Shown here: positions 36,762 through 45,583 of the stretch, in pieces
Layout: each line of letters opens with the position of its first letter
Numbering within the stretch: the first letter of the stretch is position 1
Source of the DNA: Acidobacteriota bacterium
GTDB lineage: Bacteria; Acidobacteriota; UBA6911; RPQK01; JACQSY01
Length of the DNA: 64,000 bases
Assembly: GCA_016211085.1 (NCBI GenBank)
Contig: JACQSY010000043.1
Span: 22,845-86,844, forward strand
Reading direction: 5' to 3'
Position numbers and translations under genes: made by a program
Notes under the pieces: model-generated
What the model saw: the letters and a program-made list of their open reading frames with translations, nothing else
Database searches by the model: none
What the model was told of the DNA's origin: nothing

Positions 36762-38060
36762 TTAACCTTTGCTGGCTTCGATCCCGATGACGCCGGGTTG
36801 AAACTGCCGCACTTCCGCAGTACTGACTTCCAGACGTGCCAGAGTGCTCGTGAAGATGCAGAAGATCAGGCCGCCCAAGGCGTAGACGGCGGCCACCATG
36901 GTGATTTCCGGAATGGAAGGCACATAGATGGCCTCGCCTCTTAATGGTTCAAAACGCATTAAAGAAGGCAGGAGAATGTTCACGCGTTCAGCCGCCACGC
37001 CGATCACTGCAAAAAACGAGGCGGTGTGAATTGCCCAGAGTGAGCGCCGCCAGAATCCCAGCAGGAAAAAGGGAATCAAAATCCCAATCAGCATGTCAAA
37101 CCAGAAGAATCCGGAGAAACGGCCCCATATGATCTCCTGCATCATCCGCTGATGGCTGAGACCTCCCGTGTAGCTGATGGTCAAGAACTCACTAAAGAGC
37201 AAGTAAATCAGCAGGGGAAGCAGGAAGAAGAGATAGCGTCCCAGCTTCTCGATGGCCTCTCGGGGCAGCGAAATTCCAAAAAATCGGCGTGCCGCCCCGG
37301 CTCCAAGGATAACGGCACCGATGCCGGACACCATAGCGGAAGCAATAAACAACGGGGCAAGAATGGCGGTGTTCCAGCCGGGTTGCCCCTTGGCCAATCC
37401 GAGAATCCAAGCCGTTACTGAGTGGAGCGCTACTGCGCCGGGCAGGGAGACGATCGAAAGCAACCGCAGCCGCCGGCGATTTTTTTGCTGCGCTTCTTCG
37501 GTTCTGGGCCCAGCCACCCACTCCAGAAACCTCCCCAAGCGATGACGGGGATCCAGTGTGTGCAGCTCCGCGCGCAGGCTGCTCCAAAGCAATGCGATGC
37601 AGAGCACCAGGTAAAGGCTGATGACAGTGACATCCCACAGCAGCGGAGAACGGATATTGGCGTGCATCAAGACGAACAGGGCCCTTTCTGGATGGCCCAT
37701 GTCGAGAATAACGCAGGTTGCCGCCATCAAAAGGAAGGCTAAGGCCAGCACTTCCGCAATGAAAGCAACCGGGCGTAATTCTCGAATCTGAAAAGCGTGA
37801 ACCAGAGCAGAGACAACTATTCCTCCGGCGCTGAGCCCAATGCAAAAGATAAAATTGACGATGTAAATTCCCCAGGTCACGTTAAAATTGAGCCCGGTCA
37901 CCATGAGCCCGTCCTGGAGTTGGCGCTGGTAAAAAAATAATCCCGCGGCCATTATGGCGATGAAAATGATGGGGGCGACCTTGGGGACCAGTGATCCCTT
38001 TGAAGCCGTCCTCCGTCCTGGAAGCGGAACCCAATCGTGAAATTCTCTATCTTGTTTCAT
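36762..38060 (-). CDS. second NrfD/PsrC-family integral membrane protein (ActF-like candidate)
   Basis: 432 aa, polytopic; N-terminal region parallels the NrfD-like protein at 33601 (…VTGLNFNVTWGIYIVNFIFCIGLSAGG…HPERAL…IRSPLLWDV…). Confidence 0.7.
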   Translation of the reverse strand: MKQDREFHDWVPLPGRRTASKGSLVPKVAPIIFIAIMAAGLFFYQRQLQDGLMVTGLNFNVTWGIYIVNFIFCIGLSAGGIVVSALVHAFQIRELRPVAFIAEVLALAFLLMAATCVILDMGHPERALFVLMHANIRSPLLWDVTVISLYLVLCIALLWSSLRAELHTLDPRHRLGRFLEWVAGPRTEEAQQKNRRRLRLLSIVSLPGAVALHSVTAWILGLAKGQPGWNTAILAPLFIASAMVSGIGAVILGAGAARRFFGISLPREAIEKLGRYLFFLLPLLIYLLFSEFLTISYTGGLSHQRMMQEIIWGRFSGFFWFDMLIGILIPFFLLGFWRRSLWAIHTASFFAVIGVAAERVNILLPSLMRFEPLRGEAIYVPSIPEITMVAAVYALGGLIFCIFTSTLARLEVSTAEVRQFQPGVIGIEASKG

Positions 38061-38080
38061 GACTTCTTTCTATAACCTCT

Positions 38081-38254
38081 TCAAGCGCGGTACTGCAGAT
38101 AACCGATCAACACCGCGAGCGACGTGAACAAAAAAAGTACAACCACGACACCCACCGCCGACCAAACAAACCATTCAAACATGGTGCGCGGTTCCTTGGT
38201 TGTCTTGGAAGTTGCCGCCGCAAGACACCCGGCATCAGCGACGATGCTTTTCAT
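38081..38254 (-). CDS. tiny single-TM protein (57 aa; or 33 aa from internal Met)
   Basis: Reverse-strand ORF MKSIVADAG…MFEWFVWSAVGVVVVLFLFTSLAVLIGYLQYRA, 3-nt spacing from upstream gene and 20 nt before NrfD-like start; below 60-aa ORF-track cutoff. Confidence 0.25.
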   Translation of the reverse strand: MKSIVADAGCLAAATSKTTKEPRTMFEWFVWSAVGVVVVLFLFTSLAVLIGYLQYRA

Positions 38255-38257
38255 AAA

Positions 38258-38500
38258 TCACCTCACTGTGATGCGCTCATTTTTTTGCTCAACAGAAACT
38301 TCCCGGGCATCTGGCTGAACACCGAGGAGCAGATAGGACCCCAACGCGACAATCACCGGGGGCAGGCTGATTAGCCCCATTTCCCACAGGATTTCCACAT
38401 CCAGGTAACCAAAATACCCCCAGCTGAGCCCGATCGCGACCAGGTTGATCATCAGAAAAATTCCGGTTCCCCATAAGATGAATTTTTGTGCCTGCTTCAT
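38258..38500 (-). CDS. small two-TM membrane protein (80 aa)
   Basis: Start MKQAQKFILWGTGIF… preceded by AAGGAGAG RBS; first gene of minus-strand mini-operon with NrfD-like gene. Confidence 0.4.
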   Translation of the reverse strand: MKQAQKFILWGTGIFLMINLVAIGLSWGYFGYLDVEILWEMGLISLPPVIVALGSYLLLGVQPDAREVSVEQKNERITVR

Positions 38501-38745
38501 AATCTCTCCTTTTCCACTCTCCCTATAGCAAAGGCCAAGCCACAAAGTTGCTCTATTTAAATAGCTTAAAATCAATGACTTGTAATTTTGAAGACGCCAC
38601 AGAGCATTTCAAAATAGCACGAGTTTTTTAATAGAATACGAGCAACTGCTTATTTTTCAATAGGGTAGAGGCCGTTTCAATTTGAAAGGGATGTTTTCAA
38701 AATGAAAAGGATTTTTCGGGTAACTCGTGATAAGCGTGAAAAAAC

Positions 38746-40128
38746 TTATTCAGGCAGGTTTTCTTTTAGTTTTCGCCACAGCGTGGTTTGCGAGATGCCG
38801 AGGATTTTGGCCGCTTGCGAGCGGTTGCCTTCGCAAAGGCCGAGAATGCTTCGAATGTGGGCTTCTTCAATCTCGCGCAATGACATTTTCTTGTCTGCAC
38901 CCGAGGATGCGTCCCGCCCTCGCAAATACGCCGGCAGGTGAGACACTACCAACGTTCCGTCGTTTCCGGCGAAAATGACCGCTCGCTCCATGACGTTGCG
39001 TAACTCGCGGACATTTCCCGGCCAGGAGTGGGTCAGCAGAATTTGAAGAGCTTCGGGTGAGATGTTGCTGATATGTTTCTTGAGTTCTCGAGAGAACAGT
39101 TGCAGGAAGTATTTGACCAAGGGCTCGATATCTTCCATTCGCTCCCTCAGCGGCGGCAGCGTCAGGGTCACGGCGCTGATCCGATAGAAAAGATCCTTCC
39201 GAAAGGCTCCTTTCTCGATCTCTTCGCTTAGATTGCGGTTGCTGGCGGCAATCAGGCGCACATCAACCGGGACCTGAGTTTCAGATCCAAGTCGCTTGAT
39301 TTCTTTCTGCTCCAGGGCCCTCAGGAGTTTGCCTTGGACTTCGAGTTTCATTTCCCCAATTTCATCGAGGAACAAGGTGCCTTTGTTTGCTACTTCGAAA
39401 CTGCCACGGTGAACGGCAACGGCCCCTGTAAAGGCACCTTTGACGTGACCGAATAACTCGCTTTCCACCAGAGTCTCCGGCAAAGCGGCACAGTTCACGG
39501 CCACAAAGGGTCCTTCCTTGCGTGTACTGGCTTCATGTATGGCGCGTGCGAGCAGCTCTTTCCCGGTGCCGCTTTCCCCGAGCAGAAGTACGGGGACATT
39601 CTGCTCGGAGACAACCAGAGCTTCCTCGAGCAACCTTCTCATGGTTGGATTGCCGCCGGTAATCATCGTTCCTTGAATCCGTCTCAACTCGCTTTTCAAG
39701 AGGGTATTTTCCTCGGCAAGTCTCTTGCGGTTGAGAATCTTAGCTACCGTGGCGCGTAGTTCAGTGGGTCGGAAAGGCTTGCTGATGTAATCGTCTGCGC
39801 CGGCTTTTATGGACGCCACGGCTGATTCGATAGAGCCATAGCCGGTGATGACCACGACTGAGATGGAACGATCAGCTTCTTTGATTCTCTTCAGCAGTTC
39901 CAGGCCATCCATACCCGGCATGCGGAGGTCGCAGAGCACCAGATCGGCGGTATGATCTTCCAACCATCGGAGTGCCTGGTGTCCGTCAGACGAAACCGCC
40001 ACATCGTAACCGGTGCGGGTCAAAGCCTTGCGCACCGCGTCGCAAATATTCGTCTCGTCGTCCACGACCAGGATATTTCCTTGGTGCTCAAGCGGACTGT
40101 CAGACGTTAGCGGTTCTTCAAGCGACAC
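38746..40128 (-). CDS. sigma-54-dependent response regulator (NtrC family)
   Basis: Receiver (…ILVVDDE…DLVLCDLRMPGMDG…), AAA+ GESGTGKE, ESELFGHVKGAFTGA (GAFTGA), C-terminal Fis HTH. Confidence 0.85.
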   Translation of the reverse strand: MSLEEPLTSDSPLEHQGNILVVDDETNICDAVRKALTRTGYDVAVSSDGHQALRWLEDHTADLVLCDLRMPGMDGLELLKRIKEADRSISVVVITGYGSIESAVASIKAGADDYISKPFRPTELRATVAKILNRKRLAEENTLLKSELRRIQGTMITGGNPTMRRLLEEALVVSEQNVPVLLLGESGTGKELLARAIHEASTRKEGPFVAVNCAALPETLVESELFGHVKGAFTGAVAVHRGSFEVANKGTLFLDEIGEMKLEVQGKLLRALEQKEIKRLGSETQVPVDVRLIAASNRNLSEEIEKGAFRKDLFYRISAVTLTLPPLRERMEDIEPLVKYFLQLFSRELKKHISNISPEALQILLTHSWPGNVRELRNVMERAVIFAGNDGTLVVSHLPAYLRGRDASSGADKKMSLREIEEAHIRSILGLCEGNRSQAAKILGISQTTLWRKLKENLPE

Positions 40129-41677
40129 TTTCGTTCTCCCCTCTCCCGGCGAGCGGCAAGAAGATGGTAACCGTTGTGCCGTGGTCAGTGGCTAACTCCG
40201 GAGTCTTGCTGTCGATTTCAAGAGATCCGCCATGTTCGGCCACAATGCCATAGCACAGCGAGAGGCCCAGCCCTGTGCCGCGGGGTTTGGTCGTGAAAAA
40301 AGGATCAAAAACCCTGGAAAGGTATTCAGCGGGGATGCCGCATCCTGAATCGGTGAACTGCAGCAGGGCCAGCCCGTCCTTTTTCTTAATCCGGGTTCTC
40401 AAGGTGCCTCCTTGAGGCATGGCGTCAGCAGCGTTGAGAATAATGTTTGTAAATACCTGCTGAATCCTGCCCGGATCACATCGGACTGTCAATCCTTCTT
40501 CCGACTGTTCGTGAATTACCTTGATTTTTCTCTTAGCCAGCATCATGTCAGAGAGCCGCAGCGTGCGTAAAAGCAGGTCTTGCACATCGGTTTCGGTTTT
40601 GGTGAAAACCTTTTCCCTTGAAAATTCGTGTAAATCATCAATGATGCGTTTGCAGCGCTCCGCATCCTCGACAATCTTGCCCAGTTCTTCGGAGTAACGG
40701 TCGGCGGCTTTCTCGTCTTCCATCAGGAGATTGATATTCATCAGGATGCTGGTGAGGGGATTATTGATCTCGTGGGCAATTCCGCTGGTCAGCAAACCGA
40801 TCGATGCCAGTCGTTCAGACCGGTAAAGCACTTCGTGGCTGTGCTTCAGCTCTTCGGTGCGATCGTGAACGCGTTGCTCCAGAGTTCGGTTTGCTTCTTC
40901 AAGTTCGCTTCGATAACGTTGCAGCCGGGCGACCATTTGGTTAAAGGAATCGGCCAGTTGCCTGATTTCATCCGTGCCCTGCACTTCGACCCGCTGGGGA
41001 ATCTCACCGGCGCCGACGCTGCGAATGGCAACCAGGAGGCGTCCAATCGGCTGCAATAAACGGCTGGTGCTGAAGCTTGCGACTGCCCAGGCCAGTCCCA
41101 CCCCGGCAACCAGCAAGAGTAGGAAGCTCCGGCGGGCCCGGGCCGGCACATCTTGAGATTCCTTCCTGAGCTCTTCAACTCTCGTAAGCAAGACCGAAGA
41201 CATTCGCTCGATCTTCTCATCCGTTTCCTCAATAAGGAGGACGGAGTCGGAACTCCAGGCAGCTATTTGTTCGGGAGTGACCTGGCCCGTTCCAAAGAGA
41301 ACATTAAAATTCTGAGCCACCTTGAAGAAACTTGGCGTGATGGACTCCACCATTTGCTTGGGTTGAGTGCCTGCTCCATGACAACTGGAAGAGGCGCACT
41401 TCGCCAGCTTTCGATGCATTGCCGCTAGGCTCTGGCGCACCGTGGCAGTAGCTCCGGGCTCGTCCGGAAGCTGCTTGGAAAAGACCAGAAGGCGTGACAG
41501 TTCGCGACTGAGTTCGCGCGTGGCGTCCAGAGATCGAGTGATTTCTACTAACTGAGAGTTGAGATCAGACAGGGCGTACATAGCCCAAAAGCTGGCAGCC
41601 CACATGCCGATGGCCACCGCCACCGCGACCATAAAAAACCCAATGGTTAACCGTCTTAACAGAGTATCGCCGTGCAT
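40118..41677 (-). CDS. sensor histidine kinase with periplasmic domain, HAMP, HisKA, HATPase_c
   Basis: Two TM helices bracketing ~150-aa periplasmic segment (contains CASSSCH), HAMP, H-box HEINNPL, N/G boxes; overlaps downstream regulator start. Confidence 0.8.
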   Translation of the reverse strand: MHGDTLLRRLTIGFFMVAVAVAIGMWAASFWAMYALSDLNSQLVEITRSLDATRELSRELSRLLVFSKQLPDEPGATATVRQSLAAMHRKLAKCASSSCHGAGTQPKQMVESITPSFFKVAQNFNVLFGTGQVTPEQIAAWSSDSVLLIEETDEKIERMSSVLLTRVEELRKESQDVPARARRSFLLLLVAGVGLAWAVASFSTSRLLQPIGRLLVAIRSVGAGEIPQRVEVQGTDEIRQLADSFNQMVARLQRYRSELEEANRTLEQRVHDRTEELKHSHEVLYRSERLASIGLLTSGIAHEINNPLTSILMNINLLMEDEKAADRYSEELGKIVEDAERCKRIIDDLHEFSREKVFTKTETDVQDLLLRTLRLSDMMLAKRKIKVIHEQSEEGLTVRCDPGRIQQVFTNIILNAADAMPQGGTLRTRIKKKDGLALLQFTDSGCGIPAEYLSRVFDPFFTTKPRGTGLGLSLCYGIVAEHGGSLEIDSKTPELATDHGTTVTIFLPLAGRGENESVA

Positions 41678-42549
41678 CTAAATGTGCGCCATTTCAGTAC
41701 TATGCAACAGCCATGCCGCTAGGGTCCCCTCTCCAACATAGGTTGAATTCTGCCAATGGTGCTCGCTGCTGCAATCGTGAAGCGAGAAAGAGCCGGAGGT
41801 GAGCCACCGGCACGACGACGGATGACGAGAGTCTCCGGCCGACCGTAACCCAAACCGGTCTGAGGGGTTGCGGCGATACGGCCTCTTTTTTTCTCCCTCC
41901 GCCTCTGCGATGACTCCGCATTGCCTTCGTCTTCGCTTCGCGGAATCCAGGCCGTTGCGATGCAGCAAAATTCAACGCATTTCGGGACGTGACCGTATTG
42001 CAAACAAGTCGACATCCCGCAGCAACCGGCAAAGAGAAGCTTTAGCAAGAACTCCGTGGCCGGGCAGCCTTTTTTGCTGGCAGGCGGGTTTGGCTCCGGG
42101 CGGTTTCCCCAATTAAATGGGGCAAATGACAAGCCCCGTCTAAAGATCCGGGAACCGGAGAATCACAAAAATTCCGTGCGCCAGTCATCATCAAAGAAAA
42201 ATTTCCGCCGTAAACCTACCGACCGCTAACACAAATGAGCTTAACTTGTTGCGAGCGTGCCTGCGATCAGGTCGAGGCACGACGACAATCGATAGCAGGC
42301 TCATCGGCGGCGAAGCGTGATGGCACGATGACGGGGCATTCCGCCGCAACCCTTCAGGCGAGTGGGGGTTGCGAACGAACGCGGCGTCGCTTTCGCCGAC
42401 AACGAAGGACCTCAATTCCTTCCTTGTCCTGGACTCGCCTCCAAGCCCAATTCGGCAAAGGCATACTTATTTCTGACGCCAGGCCTTGGCTGAAATTGTA
42501 TCCCGAGTTGATTTGCGCAGAGCTCATGCACCCATCGTCTACGTTTTCG

Positions 42550-42564
42550 GGTACGAATGTTGCA
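42550..42564 (+). promoter_or_regulatory. sigma-54 (-24/-12) promoter candidate upstream of octaheme cytochrome operon
   Basis: GGTACG-AATG-TTGCA: one mismatch to GGCACG-N4-TTGCA, correct spacing, ~105 nt upstream of ATG 42669, divergent from sigma-54 activator/kinase pair. Confidence 0.5.
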
Positions 42565-42668
42565 AAGCCCTCTCCAGGGTAAAGCCAAGAGCAGAGGGAT
42601 CTGTATTTGCGCCTTCAGGGGCTGATCGACCCGATAGCCTCTCGACTAAACAATCTCGAGGCAACTTG

Positions 42669-43430
42669 ATGTGCGGCGCAAACAAGAAATCCTTCTGGCG
42701 TAATATTCCTGATCAAATAATCAGATTAGCCGTTGTGACAGTCCTGCTGGTGGGTGGGGCTGGGGCAATATACATTCTTCTTCCGGCTTCATTGACCAGC
42801 ACCAAACTACATCGGGAGCTCACGGTCACAGCCGAGACGGAAAAGCCGATCCGATTCGCGGGATCCACTCTGTGTGGTGATTGTCATCAGATCGAGTACG
42901 AAAAGAAGATTGTCGGCTATCACAAGAGTCTTTCCTGTGAAACCTGTCATGGTGCGGCGGCCGCGCATGTGGATGATCCGATGGCGGCCACTCCATTCGT
43001 CCCCCGAGAAAGAGAAGTCTGTCCGGTGTGTCACGAATACGATCCCTCTCGCCCCACCGGATTTCCTCAGATCAACCCAACCATTCACAATCCGCTGCAG
43101 TCATGCGCCAATTGCCATAACCCGCACGATCCGGTGCCACCTACCACCCCTCAAGAATGCTCAGCATGCCATGCCGGAATCATGAGAACAAAGTCTGTGT
43201 CTTCACATGCTCTCATCGCGTGTACTACGTGTCATAAGGTGCCGGAGCAGCACAAGATCTTTCCTCGCATTGTGCGAGCCACCAAACCAGAAAGCAGAGA
43301 CTTCTGCGGCACGTGTCATTCACAAGGTTCGTCGGAAAGATCAGCGCCCAAGATTGACCTTTCACGGCATGAAGAAAGATACGTGTGCTGGCAATGTCAT
43401 TATCCTCATCTCCCCGCGGAAAGGCTTTAG
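42669..43430 (+). CDS. membrane-anchored octaheme cytochrome c
   Basis: Start at MCGANKK… with TM helix (VVTVLLVGGAGAIYILL), eight CxxCH (CGDCH, CETCH, CPVCH, CANCH, CSACH, CTTCH, CGTCH, CWQCH). Confidence 0.7.
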   Translation: MCGANKKSFWRNIPDQIIRLAVVTVLLVGGAGAIYILLPASLTSTKLHRELTVTAETEKPIRFAGSTLCGDCHQIEYEKKIVGYHKSLSCETCHGAAAAHVDDPMAATPFVPREREVCPVCHEYDPSRPTGFPQINPTIHNPLQSCANCHNPHDPVPPTTPQECSACHAGIMRTKSVSSHALIACTTCHKVPEQHKIFPRIVRATKPESRDFCGTCHSQGSSERSAPKIDLSRHEERYVCWQCHYPHLPAERL

Positions 43431-43448
43431 AGCGGAAAGATTCCAGTT

Positions 43449-44195
43449 ATGAAAAGAAGAGACTTGCTGAAGAACTTGATTGTCTTTTTGCCGGTCAGCC
43501 GGAGTTTTTTCTCATGTGCTGCCCAGGCTTCAGGAACTGCGCCGATCCAGGGTTACGATCCCGATAACCATCTCTACGGCATGGGCATAGAAGTTTCGAA
43601 ATGTATCGGTTGCGGAAAGTGCATCGAAGCTTGTAAGACCGAAAACAATGTTCCCCAGGAACCCTTTTTTTGCCGCACCTGGGTTGAACGGTACATAGTC
43701 AGGAACGATAAATCCGTTGCTGTAGAAACCGTGCGGACTACCCAGAAGGAAACAAGGGCCGCTCCGAACGAAAAAGACATACTGAGAAGCTTTTTCGTGC
43801 CCAAGCTGTGCAATCAGTGTGAGCACCCTCCCTGTGTTCAGGTATGCCCGGTGGGTGCCACCTTTCAAACCCGTGACGGAGTCGTGCTCGTGGACTCGGA
43901 TCGGTGCATTGGCTGCCGGTACTGTATTCAGGCCTGTCCCTTCGGAGCGCGTTACCTGCACCCGGAAAAACGCACCGCCGACAAGTGCACTTTTTGTTAC
44001 CACAGGGTTGTAAAGGGATTGCTGCCGGCCTGCGTTGAAGTGTGTCCCACGCAGGCGCGGATTTTCGGGGACTTGAAGAGCAAAGCCAGCCAACTGGTGA
44101 GATTCCAGCGCATGAACAATGTTCATGTGCTGAAGCCCCACCTGAACACCGAACCCAAGGTTTACTATTCAGATCTCGACGGAGTTGTCACGTGA
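43449..44195 (+). CDS. Tat-signal 4Fe-4S ferredoxin-type subunit (NrfC/PsrB/HybA-like)
   Basis: MKRRDLLKNLIV Tat-like N-terminus; clusters CIGCGKCIEAC, CNQCEHPPCVQVCP, CIGCRYCIQACP, CTFC…CVEVCP. Confidence 0.8.
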   Translation: MKRRDLLKNLIVFLPVSRSFFSCAAQASGTAPIQGYDPDNHLYGMGIEVSKCIGCGKCIEACKTENNVPQEPFFCRTWVERYIVRNDKSVAVETVRTTQKETRAAPNEKDILRSFFVPKLCNQCEHPPCVQVCPVGATFQTRDGVVLVDSDRCIGCRYCIQACPFGARYLHPEKRTADKCTFCYHRVVKGLLPACVEVCPTQARIFGDLKSKASQLVRFQRMNNVHVLKPHLNTEPKVYYSDLDGVVT

Positions 44196-45388
44196 ACTCA
44201 GAACTGACCCATCGGTTGAGCGAACTCTTAGAGCAGGTTACTGGTTTTATTTACCCTAATGAGATTGAAATCCACTGGTCGATTCTGATCGTGGTGTACC
44301 CGTATGTGACAGGATTGGTTGCGGGCGCTTTCATCCTGGCTTCTCTGGTTAAAGTGTTCAATGTAGTGGAGGTCCGGCCGACTTACCGCCTCTCCCTGCT
44401 CACTGCCCTGGCTTTTCTCCTGATCGCCCCTTTGCCGCTGGTGCTTCATCTAGGTCGTCCGGAGCGCGCGTTCGAGATTTTTCTGAGCCCCAATCTGAGT
44501 TCGGCGATGGCTATGTTCGGGTTTGTCTATGCATGGTATCTCATGGGGATCCTCTTGTTGGAAATCTGGTTCGAGTATCGGCGCGACCTCATCGTGTGGG
44601 CACGTCAGAAAAGGTTCCCCATGAGCTTTCTTTATCGTGTGCTGGCCCTGTTCTCAACGGACATCAGTGATAAAGCAGTTGAATTGGATAGCAGGGCTGC
44701 GAAGATCATCACCATGATTGGAATACCGTCGGCGTTCCTGCTTCACGGCTACGTTGGGTTTATTTTTGGATCCGTCAAGGCAAATCCATGGTGGAGCAGC
44801 GTTCTGATGCCGATTGTGTTCCTGATGTCGGCGATTGTGTCGGGAATCGCGTTGGTGACTCTCTTGTACATGATCATCACACCTTTGCGCGGAAAGCCCA
44901 TCGATATCCGCTGTCTGGACAAGATTACCTCCTATCTGTTTTATGCTGTAATCGTCGACTTTGCTCTGGAAGGTCTCGATTTTATTCATCGTCTATATGA
45001 GAGCGAGGAATCGGTTAAGATTCTTTCCGCACTCATTGATCAGAAGCTGTTCATCAGTGTGTTGGTAATGCAGGTGGTCTTGGGGATGATCGTTCCCTTG
45101 ATCATGCTTGTGGCGGTCAAGGCGGGAAGGCTGAATGAAGATCTGAGAAAGTTGTTTTACTTTACTTCCTGTATTTTGATTCAAATAGGCATCTTCAGCA
45201 TGCGCTGGAATGTAGTCATTGGAGGACAGCTATTTTCGAAAAGCTTCCGCGGGCTGATGACTTACAAGATGGAAGTGGTAGGCGTCGAAGGGTTACTGAT
45301 GGCGGCGGCATTGCTGATAGCACCTTTTCTGGTCCTGGCAGTTTTGCTCAAGCTGCTTCCCGCCTGGAAAGAGGCCGAGGAACACTGA
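44192..45388 (+). CDS. NrfD/PsrC-family integral membrane quinol-interacting subunit
   Basis: GTG start overlapping upstream stop (GTGA); ~9-10 TM; NrfD-like HLGRPERAFEIF motif region. Confidence 0.75.
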   Translation: MNSELTHRLSELLEQVTGFIYPNEIEIHWSILIVVYPYVTGLVAGAFILASLVKVFNVVEVRPTYRLSLLTALAFLLIAPLPLVLHLGRPERAFEIFLSPNLSSAMAMFGFVYAWYLMGILLLEIWFEYRRDLIVWARQKRFPMSFLYRVLALFSTDISDKAVELDSRAAKIITMIGIPSAFLLHGYVGFIFGSVKANPWWSSVLMPIVFLMSAIVSGIALVTLLYMIITPLRGKPIDIRCLDKITSYLFYAVIVDFALEGLDFIHRLYESEESVKILSALIDQKLFISVLVMQVVLGMIVPLIMLVAVKAGRLNEDLRKLFYFTSCILIQIGIFSMRWNVVIGGQLFSKSFRGLMTYKMEVVGVEGLLMAAALLIAPFLVLAVLLKLLPAWKEAEEH

Positions 45389-45583
45389 GCCAGGAGGAAG
45401 GGTGCGCCAGGGAAGAAACGCTGGTTGTCATAATAATTCGCCTTTTGCGCCAAACCGCGCAGAACGTGGTGGCAATTACCCAACGGCCTTCCGGATACCC
45501 AGGTTAACTGTTAGATTTTAAGTGTCTTTTGCGTTGGCACCGGCTGTGCGTACAGTGCAAACGTTGCCATAGAGCTGCGAGCC

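Noticed and set aside
37192-37845. 217-aa minus-strand ORF overlapping the NrfD-like gene in another frame
   Set aside because: Same-strand alternative frame; the 36762..38060 frame gives a coherent polytopic NrfD-like protein, this one is Arg/Ser/Pro-rich.
42486-42668. N-terminal 61-aa extension of octaheme cytochrome ORF
   Set aside because: No signal or anchor features; the TM anchor follows the internal Met at 42669, which also leaves room for the sigma-54 promoter and leader.
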